From the IMG/VR virus record IMGVR_UViG_3300029811_000147, positions 1-43,093 of that record: DNA of 43,093 nucleotides. One strand, given 5' to 3'. A program made the translations under genes and the position numbers. Shown here piece after piece: positions 8,610 to 16,555 of this stretch. Numbering within the stretch: the first letter of the stretch is position 1; each line of letters begins with the position of its first letter. The notes under the pieces were generated by a model. The model ran no database searches. It worked only from the letters and a program-made list of their open reading frames with translations, and had not been told where the DNA came from. Source of the stretch: a virus.

Positions 8610-9811
8610 TGTGGATGGATGTCGATGCAGCACTTACGGAAGTTCCAGTCAATTGTGTCGCTCTTATTGATGATACGGATTTCAAAACCAGAGAAGAATC
8701 GGTAGCTTATAATGCAGCCGGCCTCGAACTTATTTGGCATTTTACAACAACAGCGGGAGTTACAACAGCAACCGTAGTGACGCCTACGACCGGAGGAGAT
8801 TATGACTGGGCACATCAAGATGGTGGACTATATACTATTGAAATCCCCGCCAGCGAGGGAGCGTCTATTAACAACGATACGGAAGGTTTTGGGTTCTTTT
8901 CAGGTGTTGCCGATGGCATTCTTCCCTGGTCTGGGCCGATTATAGGTTTTCGTGATGCCAACCTGAATAACCTATTGATTGACTCTGCATATAGTACAAC
9001 ACGAGGACTTGCCGGAACCGCCCTACCTGCCGCTGTCGCTGACGCCCCTGGTGGATTGCCGATAAGCGATGGCGGCGGGCTGAACCTCGATGGTGAGTTT
9101 ACAGCCCTTTCTGATTATGTAGATGCGTTAGAAATACGACTTACTGATGCACGTGCAGGGTATCTCGATAAACTAAATGTCGCCGGCACGTTAGCTCATA
9201 GTGATGCGGCTTCTACATATAAGGCAACCGGTTTTGGTCCTGCTAACGAATACGATGACGCCCTTTCAGCAATTGCGGGATATGTTGATGAAGAAATTAC
9301 AAACATTATTGACGCGATTGCCGCCTTGAATAATATCACAGCACAGGAAGTAAGGGACGCTATGAAGCTGGCCCCATCTGCTCCCGGGCCTTCCGCCGGT
9401 TCAATCGACAAACATTTGGATGACATTGTTGAAGACACTAACGAAGTACAAGGACTGATTGCCGATTCAAAGGTGGCCGCCCAGGTTAAAGGGATGGACG
9501 ATGATGTGATAAGTGCGGGCAAATACAACGAAACCGATGCCTTCCCTGTCTCGGAAAAACAAAGTAAGGCCGCCTCGACGATTGCAGAAGGCACGGTAGT
9601 TGCCGATGCTGGAAACAGCACTACGCAATTCAAGACCAATCTGACTAAGACTGATAACGATTTTTATAAGGATGGGATAGTCAAGTTTAGTTCTGGAAAT
9701 ATGTTTGAGCAGGGCACGGAAATAACTGCTTACAATGGAACTACTAAAATTCTTACCGTTGTTGCGATGACACAAACTCCGGCAGCGGACGATGAATTTG
9801 TGATTATGTAA
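8609..9811 (+). CDS. Hypothetical virion protein (fibre or decoration candidate)
   Basis: 400 aa. Strong RBS aggagg. TAATG overlap with the upstream gene. Confidence 0.55.
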   Translation: MWMDVDAALTEVPVNCVALIDDTDFKTREESVAYNAAGLELIWHFTTTAGVTTATVVTPTTGGDYDWAHQDGGLYTIEIPASEGASINNDTEGFGFFSGVADGILPWSGPIIGFRDANLNNLLIDSAYSTTRGLAGTALPAAVADAPGGLPISDGGGLNLDGEFTALSDYVDALEIRLTDARAGYLDKLNVAGTLAHSDAASTYKATGFGPANEYDDALSAIAGYVDEEITNIIDAIAALNNITAQEVRDAMKLAPSAPGPSAGSIDKHLDDIVEDTNEVQGLIADSKVAAQVKGMDDDVISAGKYNETDAFPVSEKQSKAASTIAEGTVVADAGNSTTQFKTNLTKTDNDFYKDGIVKFSSGNMFEQGTEITAYNGTTKILTVVAMTQTPAADDEFVIM

Positions 9812-9812
9812 T

Positions 9813-10034
9813 ATGGCACAGAAAACGGAATTATCTGCGTTGGCTTTGCCGGGGCCGGTCCACAGCTTCAGTGCAAAAGAGGAAGCGGTGCCCTCGGTGG
9901 TTTTTAGGATGTGTGGGTCGATTAGTAATGAGTCGAAATTCGCAGGTGCGGTCTCGAACGAGCCGAAATTCGCAGGGACAGTCAGTAACGAGCCGAAGTT
10001 CGGCGGAGAGGCTGGTTCGGTTGAATGTGATTAA
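9813..10034 (+). CDS. Doubtful ORF; its C-terminal half is a 3 x 10-aa repeat encoded by family B-like DNA repeats
   Basis: No RBS. SNESKFAGAV / SNEPKFAGTV / SNEPKFGGEA are encoded by 3 x 30-bp repeats. Confidence 0.25.
   Translation: MAQKTELSALALPGPVHSFSAKEEAVPSVVFRMCGSISNESKFAGAVSNEPKFAGTVSNEPKFGGEAGSVECD
9923..10012 (+). repeat. 3 x 30-bp tandem repeat related to the family B left arm
   Basis: gagccgaaattcgcagggacagtca resembles aaattctgggacagtca. Confidence 0.85.
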
Positions 10035-10045
10035 ATCGTGAATGA

Positions 10046-10133
10046 AAATTCTGGGACAGTCATATAAATTCGATAAATTCTGGGACAGTCATAAAAGACG
10101 TTGACAGTCCCGAATTTATATAGTCCCGAATTT
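10046..10133 (+). repeat. Family B element, copy 3 (two left arms and two right arms, no GC-rich centre)
   Basis: aaattctgggacagtcat at 10046 and 10075. ttgacagtcccgaattt at 10101. tagtcccgaattt at 10121. Confidence 0.9.
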
Positions 10134-10149
10134 ATACGAGAGACGAACG

Positions 10150-11064
10150 ATGAGTAAATTGTTAATCAATACGGACAATGTAAAAAAGTGGCTGGGGCTG
10201 AAGGACGCTGAGTCCGGCGACTACGGCGATGATACGATAACGGTCAAGATGTCGCTTTTCGAGGACCCGGCCCTGCCCGTCAATAACGCGGCGGCGGCCA
10301 CGCGCGAGCTGCAGACGCTGCTGCCGGACGTGCCGGCGACTGCAGGGACGTGGACGCTGACCTACGAGGGCAAGGATGAGACAAAAACAACGGCGGCAAT
10401 TGACTGGGATGCTACGACGGGGGACGTTCAGGATGCCTTGGAATTACTATCGAATATAACGGCGGGCGATGTGACGGTCGAAGGCGCTCCGCTCGATATG
10501 GACCCCGTGGCCGGCGGTATGACGTTTCTGTGGAAGGACACGTTAGGCGACGTCAACCTGCTCAGCTTCGACTTTACATCCCTGACCGGACCCACACAGG
10601 CCGCCTCGACGATGACAGAGACCGTCAAGGGCGTCCTCAAGGGCGTCGCAGTCGATGAGGGAGGCGGTAAGGTCGGCATACCGGTAATCGGTCATGGCCG
10701 CGTTGCAGGCGATTATGTCCGTATCGAATGCTCGAGGAAATACAACGCCGAATATACAATCGACAGCGTTACAAACGATAAGATTGTCATTACCGCAACC
10801 TACGTCGCCGAGACATTCAAGGGTACGGAGCGGGTCTATCTCGGCGTTCCGAACGGCACGAATATAGCACTGCCCTACGTCACCGCATCCGATGGTAATT
10901 ATCGCGGGGTACTACCGTATACGCTCGAAGGACTCATCGAGTACGGCACTTCGCTGGTGGCGAGCGATGAGGTAAAGGGTAAGTATTTTCTGTTTATGTG
11001 GGCGGCGAAAGATACGAGTAAGGCCACGAAACGAATAGCGATGCGGGCGGAATACGATGAGTAA
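10150..11064 (+). CDS. Virion protein; N-terminus resembles gp6-like head-tail connectors, followed by an extra domain
   Basis: 304 aa. LINTDNVKKWLGLKDAESGDYGDD resembles the gp6-type connector N-terminus. Assignment rests mainly on position. Confidence 0.45.
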   Translation: MSKLLINTDNVKKWLGLKDAESGDYGDDTITVKMSLFEDPALPVNNAAAATRELQTLLPDVPATAGTWTLTYEGKDETKTTAAIDWDATTGDVQDALELLSNITAGDVTVEGAPLDMDPVAGGMTFLWKDTLGDVNLLSFDFTSLTGPTQAASTMTETVKGVLKGVAVDEGGGKVGIPVIGHGRVAGDYVRIECSRKYNAEYTIDSVTNDKIVITATYVAETFKGTERVYLGVPNGTNIALPYVTASDGNYRGVLPYTLEGLIEYGTSLVASDEVKGKYFLFMWAAKDTSKATKRIAMRAEYDE

Positions 11065-11070
11065 AAAGAT

Positions 11071-11571
11071 ATGGCGGAAGTGATACCAACGGGACAGTTC
11101 GGAAAGGTAATGGTGAACCTGCGGAACCTCATCGCCGAGGGTACGACGTTCCAGGATGCTATCGAAGCCGAGGGGACAACGGAAGAAAAAATCGCCGCCG
11201 CCAAGGAACGGCTGCACCTGACGGCCTACGAGGCGGAGGCCTACGAGCGGCCGTTCGGCCTCATCGTTAATACAGGCAATAACACCGATGAAGGGGTCGC
11301 CACGGATGAGTTTCTGGCCGGCGGCGATATGGAGCTGCGGCTGGAAGCGGAGATAAAAGAGCAGTATAAAGACGAGCCGAAGAACGCAGAGCTTGATTTT
11401 TTGAACTTCGTCGAAGGCGTCGTTGCCGACATTAAACAACTGAGCTGCCGGCCGGGCTACCTTGCAATAAATAATATCGATGTAATCGAAGGGCCGCAGC
11501 AGTACGAAACCGAAGGCGGCGTTTACGTTTATGGAATAAGATTATTAGTCAATTGGGGACTGAGTGAATAA
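11071..11571 (+). CDS. Hypothetical virion protein
   Basis: 166 aa. Lies in the structural operon. Confidence 0.5.
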   Translation: MAEVIPTGQFGKVMVNLRNLIAEGTTFQDAIEAEGTTEEKIAAAKERLHLTAYEAEAYERPFGLIVNTGNNTDEGVATDEFLAGGDMELRLEAEIKEQYKDEPKNAELDFLNFVEGVVADIKQLSCRPGYLAINNIDVIEGPQQYETEGGVYVYGIRLLVNWGLSE

Positions 11572-11589
11572 AGCATAAGGAGACTTAAA

Positions 11590-12471
11590 ATGAACCAATA
11601 CACATTATCGGCGGTCCAGAACGATACGACCCTGCTCAAGGGCATCCAGAACCACAATATCAACCCGGGCCTTGCCCAGCTTATCAGCAGTGGAAGCGGC
11701 GCCGTGGACCCTTCGTTCGTAAGTAACGGCCAAATCCAGCCGGAAATGACGTTCGATACGACTGCCATAAAGACGGCATTGGCCAACCTCGGCGGGATAA
11801 GCGGCGAACCCCTTGCAAATTATACGTTTTTCTTCCAGAAGATGCTGGACGGCGGCCTGCGGGGCGGGGCGCTGGCGCATATCAAGGTAGTGGCGGCGGC
11901 GGGAATAATCGTGCCGACGAGAATAGCGGCCGCCCAGGGCGGCGAGGCGACTATCGGATACCGCGTGGTGCCGAAGTCGGCGGACGGCTCGGCATCGCCA
12001 CTGGCCTTTACGGGCAGCCAGTCGCTCGCAAGCGGCCAGGACAAGGTCGATGAGGTCTATACGATGGGGCCGGTCGTAATCAACGGTACAGCGCTCGACG
12101 GCGTCGAGAACTGGTCGCTGGACTTCGGGATAAACCTCAGCATTATTATCGCGGACGGTCATATCTACCCGACATTCATCGGAGTTATGACAAGGGCGCC
12201 CTCGTTAACGGTAAGGACGTTCGACGTCGAGAAATTCCAGGGCTGGGGGCTGGCGGGAGTTGCTCAGGGAGAAACGGACTCGACCGTCAAGCTGCTCGAC
12301 CAGGTCGAAGGCGGCGTCCGAGGGACGTCCCCGCTCACGTTCAGTATCGATGCGGGGATGGCACACTTCGAGTCGATAGACGGCCCGCACGGCAGCCGAA
12401 TAGGCGGCTCGGTAAGGCTCACACCGGTATCCGATGGGGTAAGCGATATTCTTGTGGTCAGTGGATTGTAG
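11590..12471 (+). CDS. Putative major tail (tube) protein, by position
   Basis: 293 aa. Strong RBS aaggag. Upstream of the tape-measure-like gene. Confidence 0.45.
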   Translation: MNQYTLSAVQNDTTLLKGIQNHNINPGLAQLISSGSGAVDPSFVSNGQIQPEMTFDTTAIKTALANLGGISGEPLANYTFFFQKMLDGGLRGGALAHIKVVAAAGIIVPTRIAAAQGGEATIGYRVVPKSADGSASPLAFTGSQSLASGQDKVDEVYTMGPVVINGTALDGVENWSLDFGINLSIIIADGHIYPTFIGVMTRAPSLTVRTFDVEKFQGWGLAGVAQGETDSTVKLLDQVEGGVRGTSPLTFSIDAGMAHFESIDGPHGSRIGGSVRLTPVSDGVSDILVVSGL

Positions 12472-12478
12472 GAAGTAG

Positions 12479-12506
12479 TTTTGAATTTTGAGTTTTGAAT
12501 TTTGAA
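12479..12506 (+). repeat. Family A heptamer array (ttttgaa ttttgag ttttgaa ttttgaa)
   Basis: Starts 7 nt after the stop at 12469-12471. Precedes the RBS of CDS 12526. Confidence 0.9.
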
Positions 12507-12525
12507 TTAAAAAAGGAGAATACAA

Positions 12526-13026
12526 ATGCATTCGGCAAAATTTAATATCGGCCTGACAATGGCCAGCGAAATCATCGATGAGATGAGTAAGCTCAGTGAT
12601 TATCTCAACCAGAGCCGCGGCGTTACCTTTACCGAGGGCGAAGGGGCGGGCCAGATAAACCAGATATTCCATGACCAGCGAGAGCTGGCGGACGGGGCGA
12701 ACGAGACGCTCGATTTCCACGATGGCAGCCTGACGAACAAGGTACAACAGGCCATATCAATGGACAAGTTCAAGGCCATATACGTAAAGAACAATTCGAC
12801 GGACTCGACCTTGATAATCGGCAACGCCGCCAGTAATCAGCTCGCACTGTTCGGGGCCGTTACACACACGCATGTAATTCGGCCCGGCGGAGATTGCCTG
12901 CTAACAGCACCCGATGCAGACGGTATTGATTGTACCACGAATGCCAAGCTGAAGTTCGAGCACGGTGGTGAAGGGACGTCGGCACCGAAGTATGACCTGA
13001 TTACCGCCGGCGTGGCCGTGGCGTAG
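12526..13026 (+). CDS. Hypothetical tail-module protein
   Basis: 166 aa. RBS aaggag. Confidence 0.55.
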   Translation: MHSAKFNIGLTMASEIIDEMSKLSDYLNQSRGVTFTEGEGAGQINQIFHDQRELADGANETLDFHDGSLTNKVQQAISMDKFKAIYVKNNSTDSTLIIGNAASNQLALFGAVTHTHVIRPGGDCLLTAPDADGIDCTTNAKLKFEHGGEGTSAPKYDLITAGVAVA

Positions 13027-13027
13027 C

Positions 13028-13166
13028 GAAATTCTGGAAATTCTGGGACAGTCATAATGGCAATGGCAAGAGCCATGCCCCTTGGCAGAGCCATGCCCCT
13101 TGGCAAAGACGTTGACAGTCCCGAATTTCGTTGACAGTCCCGAATTTCGTTGACAGTCCCGAATTT
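13028..13166 (+). repeat. Family B element, copy 4; the largest, with a duplicated centre and three tandem right arms
   Basis: Left arm at 13038. agagccatgccccttggca occurs twice. ttgacagtcccgaattt at 13112, 13131 and 13150. Confidence 0.95.
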
Positions 13167-13190
13167 ACAGAAGACCAGGAAAGGTGAAAG

Positions 13191-13976
13191 ATGAGCGGAT
13201 TTATTTATGCGATAGAAGACGTTAAAATGGTCAGCTCCCGGCAGCTCGAAGATGCGGGGCTGGGCGGTATCTTCGATAAGGTGGAAATAGCGCAGCGATA
13301 TTCTGCTGCAGGACCGGGCGGTAAAGAATGCGTTTTGTTCGCGGCGGCGGACATCGACGTTAAGCTGCTTTACTTCAAGCCGAATGAGCAGACGTGGAAG
13401 AAGAGTATTAACGGCAAATTTCATGTCGGCTTCTATAAGGACTCGCCGCCGACTGAAAAGACGCTTCGCCGCAAAAAACAACTGGCAGGTCACGAAATCG
13501 AATTGGCGGACCCCTGCCAACAACAAGCAGGGGCAGGCGGCGAAAAGTGGCTCGTGCCGGTGGCGAGGATAATTACGGGCGGCTCAGCGCTACCGCAATC
13601 GCTTATTTTAGGTAAAGACGGTGAAGTTGTTACGGAGGCCCTGCCGAAGTATGCCCGATTCTCCAGTAAGGTCGAAAAGCTGTGGGAAGACTTTCAGTGC
13701 GAAAATAACTGGAAGGAGGGACAGCCGAAACTGACCGTTAAAGAACGGATGGAGCTGGCGATTGAGGCGCTGGCCTGGAACTATAAGGTCGGCGCCGACG
13801 AGGTCAACCTGCTGAAATTGATAACCACGGAGAACCTCAGCGAGATAATAGCGGCCGTAATCGACGTGCCGACGTTAATCGAGGTATCGAAACAGATGAA
13901 GGACGAAAAAAAAAACACAGAGGATGTAAGCACAAACGATGGCTCGAATTCCGGCAGTGGAAGCTCGGACTCTTAA
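13191..13976 (+). CDS. Hypothetical tail-module protein with an acidic, Ser-rich C-terminus
   Basis: 261 aa. RBS aaaggtga. Confidence 0.55.
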   Translation: MSGFIYAIEDVKMVSSRQLEDAGLGGIFDKVEIAQRYSAAGPGGKECVLFAAADIDVKLLYFKPNEQTWKKSINGKFHVGFYKDSPPTEKTLRRKKQLAGHEIELADPCQQQAGAGGEKWLVPVARIITGGSALPQSLILGKDGEVVTEALPKYARFSSKVEKLWEDFQCENNWKEGQPKLTVKERMELAIEALAWNYKVGADEVNLLKLITTENLSEIIAAVIDVPTLIEVSKQMKDEKKNTEDVSTNDGSNSGSGSSDS

Positions 13977-14025
13977 AAGGATATTGTCCCACGTGCGCGG
14001 ATTTGTGCTGGCTGGGGATGGAGTA

Positions 14026-14062
14026 GTAATTGGTAATTGGTTAATTGGTGATTGGTTAATTG
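14026..14062 (+). repeat. Family C heptamer/octamer array (gtaattg gtaattg gttaattg gtgattg gttaattg)
   Basis: Read directly. Contains TTGGTAA-type units, which are the reverse complement of the array at 38867. Confidence 0.85.
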
Positions 14063-14539
14063 ATGCTGCGCGGCGTTATGATAATCGAGGGAAGTCCGAG
14101 GGGGATGGCGAAACAGTTCCGCTCAATCGTCAAGGAGGAGTTAGAAAAGATTATAGACGAGTGGCATCAAAATACACTGCCTTTACATTTTGAAAAAAGC
14201 GCACATCGAAGGTATAAAAAAGAGTATCGGCCCCGAGAGGTAAAATATCAAAAACGCAAAACAAGGGAAAAACCAATGGCGGGTCCCTTAGAATGGTCGG
14301 GCGAATCTAAAAGACAGCTTATGCAAAGAATTCGCATCAGCACGACATCAAAGAAAGCCACGGGGACGATGTTTGCGCCGCCCTATTTCTGGATGAAACC
14401 CAGGCATTGTACGCATGTGAACAAGGGGGAGGAGCTGGTAGCGATAACGAAAAAAGAGGTTTTAATAATGGCGAAATTGCTCAGCGAGCGGGTTGCGAAA
14501 CGATTGGATGCAATAAAAGATAAAGAGGTGATTCGGTAA
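14063..14539 (+). CDS. Hypothetical basic protein (start uncertain: 14063, 14078 or 14105)
   Basis: ORF 14060..14539. Its stop overlaps the next start. Confidence 0.45.
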   Translation: MLRGVMIIEGSPRGMAKQFRSIVKEELEKIIDEWHQNTLPLHFEKSAHRRYKKEYRPREVKYQKRKTREKPMAGPLEWSGESKRQLMQRIRISTTSKKATGTMFAPPYFWMKPRHCTHVNKGEELVAITKKEVLIMAKLLSERVAKRLDAIKDKEVIR

Positions 14540-16125
14540 TGGCAGCAAAAACAAAATTCGTATTGGAGGCAGAGCCAGCCAAAGCGGTTGCCGCCTTTTT
14601 GAAGGTATGGGAGGCCCAGGACAAGACCGCCCGGGGCCTGAAGAACATAAATCGCGAGGGTAAAAAGACCAAGCAGACGCTCGATGGGTTCGGAAAGGTC
14701 GCTTCGGACGTGGGGAAAATGGCGGCCGGCTTCCTGACCGCACAGGGGGCGATTGCCGGGGTGCGCAAAATAATGCAGTTATTGATAGCGGAGTTCGAGG
14801 ACCTGAAAAGAAAACAGGAAGACGCCGCCCGGACCACCATGGATTATGCAAAGGATTATATCAATATCATCGGGACGTGGCTGGGACCAGGCCAGATTGA
14901 TAGGGCAGATGCGGCGCTTACCAAACTGGTTAAAAAAATACCGATGCTGAGTTATGAATCAGGCAAGGCAATGCTTGCAGCTTATGGTGGTGCTTATCCG
15001 GAAAGTAAATTAAAACAAGGTCTGAAAGCGGTGGAATTGGCTACTCCATTAATCTGGGAGAACCGGCCGGAATTTGTAGAATATGTCGCCAAAATACAAA
15101 GACGAATGCCGGGAAAAGATGTAGAAGATATTTTCGACGCCGTTTCAGAAATGCGTCGACGAGCAGGGAGTGATGCAGAAAAATTAACGGCGGCCATGAG
15201 GGGAGTGGGCCAGATGATGGAATATGGTGTGGGCTATGAGGAAGCTCAGGGAACCATAATGGCGATGCTGAAACAAGAATTGAAACCGCGAGCGATAACC
15301 ACTGCGGTGGGGCTTCTGGCAAGAAGATTTACGAAGATAACGCCTACAGCCGGTCGAAGATTGAGACCGGAAGAAATAGCACAGAATGAAATTGCCGCAA
15401 TTCAGGAGGGATTAGGTGCTGCGGAGGCTGGCGGGGCATTGTTTCAATGGATGCAACAATATCCTGAAAAAGCAAAGCTTGCTCTTGGTACTACCTTTGC
15501 CCCTTTAGCACCAGCATTCCGACCAAGTGAAATAGCGGCAGGTACCGAAATGATACGCAGGGCAGAAGCGGAGGATGTTTATCGAAAGGACCTTGAAACA
15601 GGATACCAGCAGAAATTAGTACGCAGGGTTGCTACCGAAGAAGAACAAGCAGCGGCAGTGGAATGGCAACGAATGACGTACGGTAAAGGCGCTGCTGCAG
15701 ATATGGCACGACGCTATACCAGGGAAATGCTTGAGACCATGCCAGGTATCGGGGCGACAAGGCGCAAGATGATATTAGGTGCCGTGGAGATAGAAGGTCT
15801 ATTCGGCGGTGATTATACAAGGGCGGCGGCGGAGAGATTGGAAAGGATACGTCAGCCAATGCTCGAACCGACTACGCCGAGACGTCTTATGCAAACAGGA
15901 TGGGGCGGCGGCGAATGGGTTGGAGGCGGCCCAAGCCCATCCTATGACCCGGCGGCCGCCGAGGCGATAGCACGGCTTATAGATAGAATTACGAGAATGG
16001 CGGAAACTTACGAAGAAGAATCCTTCGTTGAAGTTATTAAGGAAAATACACAAGCGTTGAAAGAGCATACTATGGCCTTGCAGGGTGCCGGTATGGGTAA
16101 TCTGAACGCGGGATTGGTGGATTGA
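14539..16125 (+). CDS. Tape-measure-like or internal virion protein
   Basis: 528 aa. Ala/Gly-rich helical protein with a hydrophobic segment GKMAAGFLTAQGAIAGV. Assigned by position in the tail module. Confidence 0.45.
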   Translation: MAAKTKFVLEAEPAKAVAAFLKVWEAQDKTARGLKNINREGKKTKQTLDGFGKVASDVGKMAAGFLTAQGAIAGVRKIMQLLIAEFEDLKRKQEDAARTTMDYAKDYINIIGTWLGPGQIDRADAALTKLVKKIPMLSYESGKAMLAAYGGAYPESKLKQGLKAVELATPLIWENRPEFVEYVAKIQRRMPGKDVEDIFDAVSEMRRRAGSDAEKLTAAMRGVGQMMEYGVGYEEAQGTIMAMLKQELKPRAITTAVGLLARRFTKITPTAGRRLRPEEIAQNEIAAIQEGLGAAEAGGALFQWMQQYPEKAKLALGTTFAPLAPAFRPSEIAAGTEMIRRAEAEDVYRKDLETGYQQKLVRRVATEEEQAAAVEWQRMTYGKGAAADMARRYTREMLETMPGIGATRRKMILGAVEIEGLFGGDYTRAAAERLERIRQPMLEPTTPRRLMQTGWGGGEWVGGGPSPSYDPAAAEAIARLIDRITRMAETYEEESFVEVIKENTQALKEHTMALQGAGMGNLNAGLVD

Positions 16126-16129
16126 AATT

Positions 16130-16504
16130 ATGAGCAGTATCGGCAACTTAAATTTTATCCGAATGACGGGGCCGCAGGTGCCGAAACTGGCGGCGGCGGT
16201 CGAGATAATCGATAGGACGGGCGTCGATGGTACGGCCAGCAGAATCGATGCGCTCAAGGCGGCCGAAATAAATAAGTTCACCGTGCAGGGCGTAGAGACA
16301 CTCAATATAGCGAACGCGGCGGCGGACACCTACGCCAGCTACAAGGGAACGCACGTTACCGTCGTCGATGATTTGGGCCGGACGGTCAATAGCGTGCTCG
16401 TCGTTGACGTCAGAGTAACGAGCGTTCAGCATACGCCGGTCTCTGACCCGGCGGCCATTAACTACCTGGTGCGGGCTGCGTGGGTGCTGAAACCGACACA
16501 ATAG
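16130..16504 (+). CDS. Small tail protein (sits where lambda gpM-like minor tail proteins sit)
   Basis: 124 aa, directly after the tape-measure-like gene. RBS ggtgga. Confidence 0.45.
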   Translation: MSSIGNLNFIRMTGPQVPKLAAAVEIIDRTGVDGTASRIDALKAAEINKFTVQGVETLNIANAAADTYASYKGTHVTVVDDLGRTVNSVLVVDVRVTSVQHTPVSDPAAINYLVRAAWVLKPTQ

Positions 16505-16555
16505 TTTTGAATTTTGAGTTATAACTAATAATTAAAAATTAAGAACTAAAAACTA
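16505..16555 (+). repeat. Family A array with inverted right arm (ttttgaa ttttgag ttataac taataattaaaaattaagaactaaaaacta)
   Basis: Fills the whole gap between the stop at 16502-16504 and the ATG at 16556. Confidence 0.9.

Noticed and set aside
10101-10106. TTGACA inside every family B right arm, read as a -35 promoter box
   Set aside because: No acceptable -10 hexamer lies 16-19 bp downstream in any copy. The motif is better explained as part of the hairpin arm.
13112-13166. Possible CRISPR array from the 19-nt tandem right arms and other regularly spaced repeats
   Set aside because: The repeats are directly abutting with no unique spacers. The units are too short. The same units occur singly at other intergenic sites as hairpin arms.
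12837-13526. 229-aa minus-strand ORF spanning family B copy 4
   Set aside because: Its translation (MALPRGMALPRGMALAIAIMTVPEFPEF) is simply the repeat element read in reverse, and it overlaps two + strand genes.
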